DNA of 63,698 nucleotides, the filler included, from Choristocarpus tenellus KU-1152 (Eukaryota > Protista > Phaeophyceae): NCBI GenBank assembly GCA_964200185.2. It is 7 parts of 7 records of this genome, joined end to end, with 100 filler letters (N's around TTAATTAATTAA, not from the genome) between each part and the next. Parts side by side here need not be neighbours in the genome. Positions count along the whole stretch, not along the records: positions 19,517 to 51,171 come from CAXNAD020000079.1; 6 more parts are not named here. One strand, given 5' to 3'. Both the position numbers and the translations under genes were made by a program. The notes under the pieces were generated by a model. That model made no database searches, had not been told where the DNA came from, and saw only the letters and a list, made by a program, of their open reading frames with translations. Positions 23,130 to 35,559 of the stretch are shown here, one piece after another. Numbering within the stretch: the stretch's first letter is position 1; each line of letters starts with the position of its first letter.

Positions 23130-26100
23130 TCACATAATAAAAACTGCATGTGATTCCGCCCTAGTACGATACGGTGGTCCTTGTCGCTTCGTCTTTGGCC
23201 CCACAGTCTTACCCACAGCCCGGGCAGTGCCCCATGCCACGCGCAATGCTGCCCCTGGTATGGAACCAGCCACTCCCCATCGCTGCTCATGCTCTCTTCC
23301 CTCTCTTCCTCTAATGACTGGTGACAACTCAGAAAATCCAGACAATTGGTTACCAGCAGCAACCTCTCCTTCATCTCTATCCCCACCCTCTGTTCTAGTC
23401 TCTTGGGGTGCGGTCATCTCCAATTCGATAGTGGTCTCTCCTTCCCCTACATCCTGAGTGACAATTTGGGCATCATCAGTACCATCACTTAATGCACCTC
23501 CGGCTGAGTCCTTCCATTGGTGCTTCTGTTCTTCTTGCCTAGGAGTGGTAGCCTGCGCAAGTGTTACTGAGAATCCTGTGCCGTCCTCCCCTTGGCTGTT
23601 GTTCTCCAAGGTCTCTTCACCTGCTACACCTTGCACCTCATTAACGACCACTGTGTCCACTGGCATTTGTTTCCCATGAAGAATCTCAAGATGCTCTTCT
23701 TCCATTCGATAAGATTTAGCCTGTGCTTGTGATACTTCATCTCCCGCATTGGCAATCGTGTGGAGCCTATGAAGCCCCCCCTCCAACGGTTGACTTTCCT
23801 CTACTGCCCCTCGGAGGGCATTCCTCAGAGCTTGAGCTAGTCCATCTCTCTCCTCAAGTTGCTGCCTAAGGGCTCCAATCTCTGCTTCCAACTAGAACGA
23901 CCAACAACCATCCATTCACCAGAAAAAGACAATACGGAAAAGTCCAGGGAAAAGTGACAAGAGAAACCACAAAAATTGGAGGGGGCAGTAGGAGGACTCA
24001 GGAGTGGGCAAGCAAATCATTCCTGGCAAGGACCTCACTCATAACCAATAGGTAAAGGGTGTGCATTGCATGTGAGATTCAAAGAGGCCAGCATACTGCA
24101 ATTAGTCACCATGGACATAACCAATAAATGATTGTAATATTACTGTGTCCCACAGAAAATTTGGTGAAAATCACAACACACTATCTGCACCTACCTTCTG
24201 AAAATATTTCATTTTGACAGAAACTCCTGCATCCTACAAATAACATGTGAAGTGTCTACAACATTAATTTTAGCTCATGCACAGGGTGAGTAATCAACAG
24301 ATCAGCATCTGCTGCCCCTCGCTGCACTAACGCAAGTATAACCTCGAGCTCTGTCATACCTGGGAATTGAGCAGCACTGCCTCACTTGTTGCACCTGCTT
24401 GTACTTGGTATCCTGAACCCTTCTTTCCCTGCTTAGAATATTCCCTTTCACTCACAGAAGCACTCCCAAAGGAAGCTGTCTCTCCTATGGCTTCACTCTT
24501 CAAGTTATACTGTTGCTGCTGATGCTCCAATAGCTGCATCTGATGAACCAAAATGCAGAGGATATTACCATTAACAGATGCATATGAAATGTTCTGAGGA
24601 TACTCAATCAAAGTCTCTTTCAGAAGGGACAAGTGTTGGCTCAAAATATGACTCAACCAAAAGAAGAAAAAAAATTCCATACTGACTAACCCTAACCCTA
24701 ACCACACACTGGTGCATATGAAATACTCTAGGAAATGCAGGGGTTTGTAGGGTGTGCTGGCAAGAGTCCATCCTTGAAAGGACCTCCCCTAAAAAGTAGT
24801 AAATGACTTTTCATGTTGATAGCAGTACTGTAGAGTAGATTAATTAGCCTAAGTATGGAGGGCAACAGGAAGTCAGTATATAATCAAGATGTACCTGTCT
24901 CTGAAACATGGTCAACTTTTCCTTAAGCTTGCGTTTCTCAGATCTCAAAGCTGCAATCTCCATTGATGATCTGTCCTCGCCCCAAGAAGGATATTCATGC
25001 ACCACAGAGTAAGAAGGGATGGAGATATAAATAATTAAGTTGAAAAGTACTATACAAAGCACCATCAACAACACACTTGACCAAACCAAAAAGTAACCAT
25101 ATAATATATCAGAGGGTGCGCCATCCCTACCTCAGCACAGCTAACCAAAGCTTCAGGGCACCACAAGTTTGTCTTGCCACTGGGACAAACATTAGTACAA
25201 AATACAAGTTTAACAACTAGGTCGAAACTTAAGAATTGGGTCAGGCACTCACTCATTCCGAATCTCCTCTTCCAATTTCCTCAATTGCCCACTTGTTACC
25301 CATCCAGCACAATTTTGTCTCTGATCTGATTTTTTTGGTCTGCTCTCAGCTCCACTTATCAAGCCAATCATTCCATGTTCTATTCCTTCATCGACAGCAG
25401 AGATTGATTTTGAGGAAAGGAGGTCGGTCACTGATGACGGCCCTCCAAGGGCATCAGCTTCAGTCAGCAGCAATCGTTCCCCAGCATTTCTTTTCCTTGT
25501 GAGATCAAAAAGTCCCTGAAGGCTGGAGTGGAGAGTAGCAAGAGAGGATACCTGATTTTGGCTCAGGAACCCTGCACTTCCCTGTCAAAAGAATCAGTGG
25601 CCACAGAATAATAGTGGAGTGGGTTTGTTCCTGCCAGCATTTGAACAAGCCTGAAGACTTTCAAAGTCGAAGGTGTACATGACGAAATGGGAAACGTTAG
25701 AAACTGATTCGGCTGATAGTCTCTTGGAATAGCAATGAAATCTCCACAACGGTTACTTTTCATTCCTCAACCACAGAATGGGCGATCCTTGTGTAACGGC
25801 AGTAAATGGTCAATGTACGTATTATCAAAAAAGTGTGTTTCGCACATCGAAAATATCACTGGAAGGTAGTTTGCAAGCAAAATCTAGCCCCTTCCGCATT
25901 ATTATTAACAGAGATAACAGTACGAAGGAAAGTCATTCTACGCAGTGAGGTCGCCCACCTGCCCTCCCTTGATGCCCCTGCACAACTCCAGTGCAACGCC
26001 AAGTTGCTGCTCGATAAGGGACCCCAATTGCATGTTTTGTTGTCCAACACGAAGTAATTCCGACCAATGTGAAAGTGGGCCACCAATAAATCCTTGCTCG

Positions 26101-27093
26101 ACCTTGTCAGTCGACCAACCTTGCGTTGATGTCCCACTCGAAGTAAGTGCATGCCGAAGCTCTATAGAAAGCTCATCATTATTGTACTGTTGCGAATCGT
26201 TGTATGTTTCTGGAGCGGAGGCTACCAATGACTGCAATGAGGTTTTAGATTGTACGTCTCCTCTTGAATTTTCATCGCCAAGCACAGAGAGAAGAAAATC
26301 TGCTTGGGAGTCTCGTCCTGCCTGTCTCATTGTCTGTTCACAATGACAGGGGACGGGATACTGTTTATAGACAGTTTGCACGTTTGGACATTATACTCTC
26401 CGCAACCTGTGATTAAACAAACCTAATTTGGGGTACAAGAGCGATCCCATAGAGCAAGGAAAGCGTTCGGAGAAATCTTACGTATTCTACCATGGGACTG
26501 CTCACCTCCGGTGACACAGATTGCACAGCGCTGCGGATGTCATTTCCCAGTGGGGAATCAGTCCCACCTAGAGTTCCATGTAATTCATTATCTTGTTTTT
26601 GGTCCCAGTTTTCATCGTAGCTCTTCACACCCTTTTTTTCTAAATGCTGGTTCTTCTGCGGCGAGCTGCAAACCAAATCGATTTTCCGTGTTGAACCTGA
26701 AGGATAATCTTGATACTGGTCTTGAGCTTTTATCAAGGTTTCGGGAAGAGAAGTGGCTTCTCTCGTCCTGGTCTGCTCATTCTGTGAGCTTGAACATGTA
26801 GCTTGTAGCAGCCTGCGGCGGTATGTAGACAGATACTTTCTTCCGTCCATGATCGCCGCACCACTCCTAGGCCTCCTCCTACCACTGACAGGCAAAGGAA
26901 TGTCCGACACAGCTTCAACAACTCCTTCCTCGACGTCATCCCCATTGGGATTGGCCTCGCCTAAGATGTGAGGTGTATTCACGGTGCATCCCTTGCTTTG
27001 CGCGCTCGTATCACCTAGTTCCTCCAAGTTTGAGGGTATGTTAGGTGTTTTGGCGAAGTTCGCCAATAAACCCAACATCACTCGGAGTTCACC
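23130..27093 (-). CDS. Hypothetical multi-exon coiled-coil protein (about 7 exons; 5' start uncertain)
   Basis: Spliceable ORFs at 26490-27090, 25960-26333, 25255-25520, 24896-24990, 24360-24540, 24196-24233 and 23130-23892. Heptad-like segments include LRSEKRKLKEKLTMFQRQ and LEAEIGALRQQLEERDGLAQALRNAL. Confidence 0.7.
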
Positions 27094-27707
27094 CTGATGT
27101 AGGGATGCACTTTAGGGCTCTAGATGTATCTAGTAGCACTGGATCGAGATAGGGCAAGTAGACATACCAAGCTCTACCCACCCCAAACACTTCCAAAGGT
27201 TACTGACCCCAAACACCAAGGTGTTGAGATGATTTACGCCGAGAAGTAATAGTAGTATATTACTATTTCTAGTGTTATGGAGATAAATATGGGTATGAAA
27301 GAATCGACACTACAAACTATTATTGCAATGAAAAAAGAAAGGGTGGGAACTATTTTATTATTTATTTGCAGCACAACAATCCCAAATCTTCCACTAATAT
27401 TATCGTATATATAATAATATGTCTTCCCTATTTACAACTGTTACTTATATATCGGTTCTTATGATATTGAATTGAGATTTCCAATGACATATTCCCAAAA
27501 TGCATTCATGTGAGATTCTGGTTTTCTAAACGCGGATTTCCTTACTAGCATAACTACAGGTTTTGCTTTCCTCACGAATTCTGGATTACTATTATTCGTT
27601 TTTTTCATTCCACCCATTCTACTCTCCCTCCAAAGCAACACCACTCCGTCACTGACTTCCATCCACCAGCCTATCCCGTGGCCAACCAGTACAAACTCTG
27701 TTCGCAT

Positions 27708-27893
27708 CTGTTTTCCAGTAACCAATCATATCTGATGGCCAACTACTGTGACCCGCTCGCCACTGATTTCCAGTCACCAACCACATCTAATGACTGACTA
27801 ATCAGTGCGACCTCTTTGCAACTGATTTCCAGTCACCAATTACATCCGATGACCAACTAGTGTGACCCCTTCACCACTGATTTCCAGTCATCA
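27708..27893. repeat. Degenerate tandem repeat, ~58-62-bp unit, about 3.3 copies
   Basis: Recurring ACTGATTTCCAGTCACCAAT.ACATC..ATGAC..ACTA.TGTGACC. Confidence 0.8.
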
Positions 27894-29841
27894 CCACTTT
27901 CCACTCCACTCCATCATTCCACTCCACTCAACCCCACACTACTTTCCACTCCACCACATCATTCATTATCCACTTCAATATCGTCCCTTTAAACTAGAAA
28001 ACATCCCGCACGAACTTGACCTCCCCCCCCCTAGCTCCCCAGCATCCCAGTCGGCTGTGAGCAATTGAAAGGGTAGGTGGGTGGGAAAGATTGCTCGGAG
28101 GTTGCCTTGTCCTATCCCACCTACCTCAAGTTTCCCTTACCTTTTGATCCACCCTTCCGACCTCATGCTTCCACATACCACCCATTCCCTTTAACTTTTC
28201 TCCTACCTCTTCTGCCTCCTAGCCACCCAGTATTAAACTCTGTGTCCACCTTCTCATTATTCTCTTTTTACTCTACTCAGCACTCTGTTCCCTGTACGTC
28301 ATTCCTCCCAGAACTTTCCTGGTCACAAACTCAGATTACTTCATAAACTTCTCCTTTTTGTTAATCGGATAATAGGGGGGGGGTAGTTAAATACTCGACT
28401 TTGAAAGTTCTACCGCCTCCTGTTTAAGGTGACAAAAACAACGAAAAAAGGATATCTGGAAAATGTCAGAGGGCATAATATTTTATATTGAAATAGGACA
28501 TGTTAAGAGGCCTGGTTTGGTCGTGCGTCTGACCCACACCACATCAATTGGGGTGGCCTCAATGCCAAAGGTGACGCACGCAAATGTATATGACCACGCG
28601 TATTATCCTCATTAATGTCAGGAGATCCCAAAAAGGCGACCTGTCCCTGACAGGCAGATGATATTATTTTTGCTGAAGGATTAGAGGTCAAATTGGAGTG
28701 CATAGTGGATGCAATACATTCGAGAAGGGTGTTTTATTAAACCTCAATAACTGGGAACGCCTTTGATATTTGTGGAAACCCTTTATATATATATATATAT
28801 CGTATTTCATATTTTATATCCTATACTAATTGTATACCTGGGAACTGTACGCCTGTAAGGTTCAGAGTGAGGGGGTAGTGTTTTATGATGTTATCATAGT
28901 GTATCGGAAACCAAGTATCGATATTGAAGATACGATATACGATTCCAATTTATCGAAATGGTTGTCGAGTACAGGATTTTAGGCTATACCTCGGTAATGG
29001 TTAGCCAAGGGTCAAGGTAGTCTTCACCTCGCGTCTTGAATAATAGTGGCGGATATCGATGGACTAGGAGAGGCCTGACGGATTTGTGGGATTGATCCAC
29101 TTCTTTACTTCTCGTCCCCCTCCACATGACTTGTAAGATTTACTTTTTGTTATTTCTTGTCCGTTTCTTTACATTAACACTGCTACTATGGTTGGTATTT
29201 ATGGTATAGAGTAGTCTTCTCCTCCAGTTGTGTGGTTTGTTGTAATGATTTAATATGGCAGCTCCTCTTCTGTAGACTACATTGTGATACAATGTTCTTA
29301 CGCCTTTTTGAGTCTTGCTTTTTTTACATAACAATCCTTGCAATGTGTCAGTGGATGAAATAATATATACTCTAGTGACGATGTATAAAATTTCCATTGT
29401 AAGATACTCCACCAACCGTGAAAATGTATACAAAAGCTAAGTAAGAGGCCTTCCATTCAGTATGATTCATACATTCTCATAGCTGAACACAACTTGCGTA
29501 CAGCGTATTAACATCTATGTCATCAATATAACTTCACCATTCATTTTTTTCAGCACCTTCCTGATTTAATTCAGCAGATTTGAACCCCTTCAACGACACA
29601 CATATTTTGTCGAAATCTGATTTCGACTATGCTATTCCATATGGCAAGCACAACGAATTGCACGCCACCCCTATACTACGTACCGTCCTGTCTCTGTGCT
29701 ATACCACAAGAATGAGGGACTAGGAAAGATTAAAGTGGAAAATTTAGGCTGGGTGCAGCAGAAGATTTGAGAGAGGAGACGGAGTGACAGGCAATGGGAG
29801 AGCTGCAACAAACGCACGAGAATCAGAGTCAACACATTTAA

Positions 29842-30066
29842 GAGGGTAGGAATTTTGCCCTGTTTGTCCGTTTGAGGCTTGACTTCCCACGAGTTTATGA
29901 TGCCCTTTTTCGGTTTTCTGTGTGAATACAGTTACCTAAAATGTATACGACTATGAAGGTGTGTCCGGAGCAAGGATATTGACATTTGCGAACGAACACG
30001 ATAGCCAAAATTAATCAAAATCGCAAAATTGGATTAATGACCCCAAACTTACACGGCCCTACCCTC
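29842..30066 (-). mobile_element. MITE, 225 bp, TIR GAGGGTAGG
   Basis: TTAA-GAGGGTAGG ... CCTACCCTC-TTAA. The reverse complement is homologous along its length to 63128-63355. Confidence 0.8.
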
Positions 30067-31752
30067 TTAAATGCTTTGGCTCATCAGCAAGGCATGAACA
30101 AAGGCAATACAATACTATAAGCTGTAGTGGAACAATTTGTCGAGTAGAATGAGGAGTATTGCACAGTGTAATGCCTCTGACCATGGTCAGGATCATCCCC
30201 AACTAATGTGATCCAAACACAAAATTGGAACAATAGAAAATTATTAAACCTTGGTAATTTTTTTAGGTAGTACACCACTCCACCGTTGCACGAAATGCCT
30301 CGTAAAATATAATTTGAGATTTCTCGCCAGCGTCACAGTCTGTCACATACTTCCCAAAATGATATATTAGTATCTTTGAGTACCCCGAAATTAGTGCCTG
30401 CCCCAAATTGACTCCTTTTTTGTGTCCTGAATGGTGGTTAATCGTGTTTGTACTACTGATATTGCAAATAAGATTATTGACACCTTCTTGCAATTCGAAC
30501 TTTCTGATGAACATAATTTGGAACTCATGTTTTAGTAAGTAGGCATCACAATCTGTCTCAAACCCTATTCGACTAGATACTCTGAAACAAATTCATTTCA
30601 GCGAGTATGAGGTTATATGTAATTATAGGATTGAAGGATATACATACGTGTAAACCTAACAGCACGGGGAAAGGACTAGTATCATTGATACTATCCTCAG
30701 TTTTGTCTGGGGACTGTCCCAACCCTGCTGTAGTCAGAGGCATCTGGACTGCATTACTACTTCTTGTCCTATGAAATACTAATCTACAGCTAAATTTTTC
30801 ACCGAGGGAAAATATACAGGCCTCGTTTTTGACTTGCTTATCTTGTGTTGGGTTCAGCTATCACACTGCTCGTTGCTCCCCCTCCTCTGTCAAATCTCTT
30901 GTGCTCGCCTCTGTGTTGTAACCCAATGAGAGGTTCTATCCTCATTCTTCAGGTGTTTTGTGGGTACAGTGACAGATGAAATAATAGTACAGGAGAAGAA
31001 ACAAGAGCACAAAAAGGAAAAGGAAGATGAAAAATGTAGGTTTGGGTTCTTCATTTCCACCAGGGTACATATACATATCAAAATCCAAGAAAACAACAGA
31101 GGCGAACGCATAGTAGGTGGGTATGGAGTGAGGGGTTTTGAGGAAGATTGAATAGAAGAATAGATACTGTGGCGTTGAATCAGATACGTCCAATGATGGC
31201 CTCTAAATGTAGTATGTCGTATCTGAAGGGGTCACAAAAAATTGACACCAACATACAGATGTTAATATTTTGAATCAATCATAGATAGGTACCGATCTTT
31301 AGAGACCTATATAGACTAAGGAATGCATCTCTGTCTATCCAGTTCCTATAATAATTGTGACATAATAAAATTTCGGTAACCATCTCCAACTTTGCTTTGA
31401 TATGCTTCCCTAGGTTCTCACCCTGGGTGCAGGACTAAGAGGTAGAGGTTGAAGGTAGAGAAAGACAGTGGTACAGCATAGGTGCTAGTAAAATAGTAAA
31501 TAGATTAATGTGTTGCACATTTTACGACAACTAACTGTTGTTACTTTTTAAGGGACTTTTCTGACATGTGAATAGTTTTCATTTGTTTTTTCTCTCACAC
31601 ATCTCCAAAATGTCATAATAACAAACTATATTGTATATAGAGAGAATTGAAAGTTGAGAAAAAGGAGGTTGAACACGTAACAAACATCACACCAGTGTTG
31701 AAATATATTTTTTTAGGGAGGTGTCCTACCATTGACAATTACTACTACTTCC

Positions 31753-31847
31753 GGGTTAGGATTAGGATTAGGGTTAGGGTTTAGGGTTGGGGTTGAGTTT
31801 AGGGTTAGGGTTAGGGTTAGGGTTTGGGTTAGGTTAGGGTTAGGGTT
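31753..31847 (+). repeat. Degenerate interstitial (TTAGGG)n tract upstream of the kinase gene
   Basis: About 15 perfect or variant TTAGGG units. Confidence 0.92.
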
Positions 31848-32023
31848 CGCTCACATCTATAACATGTCAGAATGCATTTTTAAATTTATCCATTACATAA
31901 TTTACTACTACTATACTATAGTATACGATTACAACTATTATTTATTACTTTTGGAAAGTACCGCGTGGATTGTGCCTATCGCACGATTCTCTTCAAACGC
32001 ATGTACAACAATCACATCCAACT

Positions 32024-33725
32024 ATGGGAGAGGACTTGCCTTCACAGCCATTGAACAACTTTTGGTCTGTGGTTCTGTCCAGAGAAGGGAACATCGTCTC
32101 TGACGAGCCAAGACAGAATTGCCGTGGCACAAACGGAGGTTTAACGGCTGGAAGCGGGAATTTATGGGAAGACGAACTGCATCTCTCTTCTCGAGCAGCA
32201 TGCGACTTCACCCCATTGGAAGTCCTCGACTGCAGCGAACCCCGCTGTCGATACTTAAGAGTGGAGCATATACAAGATGGAACGCGTCATATTCTCCGAG
32301 AGCTGAGGTTTGTGCTCGTGTACGAGCACTATCGGTGTTTGTTGAGACCTGTTCCTCAATTGTCCCGTCCTAATATGTTCTCGACGAGACCCGAGGAGTG
32401 ACCTTTATTACCAAGTCCCCAGGTTTTGGCACCTCATAGGAAAATGATGAGTACCTTACCTCCCCGGTCCGCCCACAGGCTGGTAATGCCGGAGTCCTCT
32501 GCTGTGCCTCAGATCGACCGTCTACGGGAGCTGATGCTCCGTGAAGCACGCCTTCTGTCGTCTGTACCACACTACTGTATCCTTCCTTTGCGATGTGCAT
32601 GGCTGGAACAGCGAACTGTAGAGACAAACGCTGAGCAATCTGCATTATTTCTCCCAAAGGAAGAATACGCTGATGTAGCGCTTGACCACTGTGTCCCATG
32701 GACAGTGTCAGGTGAAGACAACACCTGGGAAGAGCAAACAAGTGACGATGACTTGAGCGAGCTTAGTCCAAAGAAAAGACAAGTTCAATGGGGTGGGGAT
32801 GGCTCCACTGACTGGGTGGGAGAAGCCGAGCCGAAACATACACTTAAGGAGTGCAGAGCTGCCGCGGGGGGCAGTGGGTCGAGGCCTAACTTGATGGATG
32901 AAGGACGGAGGGACGTTCACCTATTGTCTTACCTTCAGCTGCCCGACTTCGTTCCTTTGAATCTGTGGCTCAAAGAGGAATTCGGTAATGATTCCTGTGG
33001 TGTGAAACAGGTTCCCGTAGGAACGACGGAGGCCTCGGCCCAAATGTGGTGGGGGCTGGTGGACATGTTTCTTCAGATCGTAAGAGGTGTGGAGCATTTA
33101 CACATCAATGGGATGGTGCATAACAATGTTAATCCCAACAGCGTTTGGGTGAGTAAAAGAAAATCCCTTAATGCGTGCAAAACCATTACAGGATAGGTGT
33201 TACTGGCACATGCAGCTGAAATGAAGGACCACTTGCATATTAACCAAGCCCGCTGTCACCTGTCATCTCTCTTCCCTACTGCCACATTTCCACCTCTCAC
33301 CACAGGTAAGCTTGGAGCGAGAATGCCATCTTGGAGGGATGAGTCAGGTTACCTGTCCAGGCCATCTCCGGACACCGATAATGGTGACCAACAGAGTCCC
33401 ATACCACAGTCCAGAACACCAGCACGGACAGGGGGTAGACTCGCACTCAGATGTCTTTTCCTTGGGGATACTCCTAACGGAGATGTGGTGCTGTTACCTT
33501 TTGCGCAGGGGTCATTGGGGTGGGACATCAATCCATGATTTTTTACTGGAGGTGGCGAAGGCAAGAAGTGCAGAGGCTTTGAAGGCAATCCTTGTGGTCG
33601 ATGTGGAGGGGGTGAAGCTTGATGTGGAGCTGGTGGGGAGGATGTTATCCACTTATTCCTTTGAGCGTCCAGACTGCTTTGAAATTCTTGATGAATTGGG
33701 GAAGGAGAGAATTGATGTGCATTAG
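32024..33725 (+). CDS. eIF2-alpha-kinase (PEK/GCN2/PKR)-like pseudokinase; exons 32024-32307, 32440-33148, 33306-33725
   Basis: LREARLLSSVPHYCILPLRCAWLE, then an acidic insert, then LLSYLQL, FLQIVRGVEHLHINGMVHNNVNPNS, CHLGGMSQ, PYHSPEH, SDVFSLGILLTEM and ERPDCFEIL. Introns keep the frame. Confidence 0.8.
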
Positions 33726-35559
33726 TGGTAGGAGAAGAGTTTGTACTGGAGATTATGATACATCACTTTAAATTGTTGTGAGTGGATGTCTAGGGTGTGG
33801 TGCGTATTTTCTTATACAAGTCCTCAGAGTGATACGTTTTAGTATCTAATGTGGAAATATGATGTTATTAGATGCTTTTCTACAATGAATTCTAATATAC
33901 ATGGTCTATGAACAGTCTCCCATCTCTTCCAAACTATTTTCTTGAAAAGAAGCGTCATATCCGTGGCCCTCTATTACCATCATCGAACGAACTACTGAGG
34001 CTGGAGTGTGATGACACAGTTGTTGTTGGTGACATTGATTTTAACCAAGGAAGTATATTGAAGCATAATCAAGGCAGCAAATACTTAAGAACCATTGTAT
34101 CAGGAATACAAACATGTGCACAGCATCATCCCATTCAAGTGAGTCATCCAGCTACCAACTACAAAAGGATGACCTGAACAAGTTCTTGTTAATAGTTTTG
34201 GCACCCTTTGTGTTGGATTATGGGGTGTTGCCATGAAATTAAAACCATCATGCCATGTACAGTGTAAGTACATAGTAGGTTCCTTAGCCACATACTAAGC
34301 AACGTGTGTGTCATGCCGATATCAGACAGACTGGGCTTGGACTGAGGTTGTTCATTGTACCAACGTACATGATTGTGTGTGCTTGGAGTCAGAACAACAT
34401 AATACATTCAACAATTTATACCCCTCTTCATTATTTGCAACATTGTTTGGACACACGTGCATCCCCTTGTAACATGTGAACTATTCCTGAACCCCAACCC
34501 TAAGAAAGAATCGCCGTTCATGTTTCATAAATGCATTCCTTACTGCTTTGTTGAGCTCCTTTCTTGATCAAAGATGATAAAACGACTTAGTCCCTGATGG
34601 ATTGGAGAATGAAGGTCTACCGTGACAGTTACTAGCTCAGTTCAGTCGAATTACAAATGTCTATGTGATAGCAATATCCTAGATCTACATACATAGATAT
34701 AGTGAAAGCCAATAGTATCCTCTAGTTCAAGACGTGACATGCTGTAAGAGCGATCTCGTGAAGAGTCTGATACACTGTTGTCATGCTATATTGAGCTCCA
34801 ATATTCATTCATTTTGTTATAAATGTAGTTCCTACAGGTTGGATGCGAATAGATATGCTCAAGACTGAATTCAAATTCTAACTGCCCTTCTTCTATTATG
34901 TATCTGCATCACATGGGGTGAAGTCTTGTCTCGTTACGGTTTCGTTTCCCCTTTTTTTCTCTTCTTGTTCGAAGTTTGCCTTACTATCGAGTTTTCCTGT
35001 TGGCACATCAATTATACTTCTCCCTTCAAATGTTGAAAGATACTTTACAGGAGATCTCAAACTCTAGTTTTAGGGTCTGTTTGAAAATATTATCATACGC
35101 GCAATCAATGGTTTTATGGGAGAGAAAATTGTTAGGGTGCCTCAAAATCTTGTTGTGTAGACAGGGAACGATTTACCTAATAATACACAATAAATGTTGG
35201 GTTGCCTAGCCTTAACCGTACGACTTAAAATGGACAAATAACATAGCGTCGTTTCAGTTTGATGGTTCTGGTCAAGAACGTTTTTATATTTTCCTACTTA
35301 CACATAGACAATGAACAAGAAAGAACATGCACATATCAACCTGTTGTTAAAGTCTTTCCATCATACATTTTCAAATAAATCGACCAAAAAAGCAGTATAG
35401 CTCACTCTTGTTTGAAAAACGGCATGACATAAAAGTGTAGGCACTCACGCCATTTTCACTCGCAAGAGATAGTCTGAGTGAGGAAACCTCGTATCGACCA
35501 GCATCCACATTTGCAGTCTTCAACTTGCCAATGTAAGGAATCCTGCATCAGCGGGAGTA

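Noticed and set aside
29140-30514. Small AT-rich minus-strand ORFs (97 aa, 83 aa), possibly of viral origin
   Set aside because: No recognisable NCLDV or other motifs; no support for an endogenous virus.
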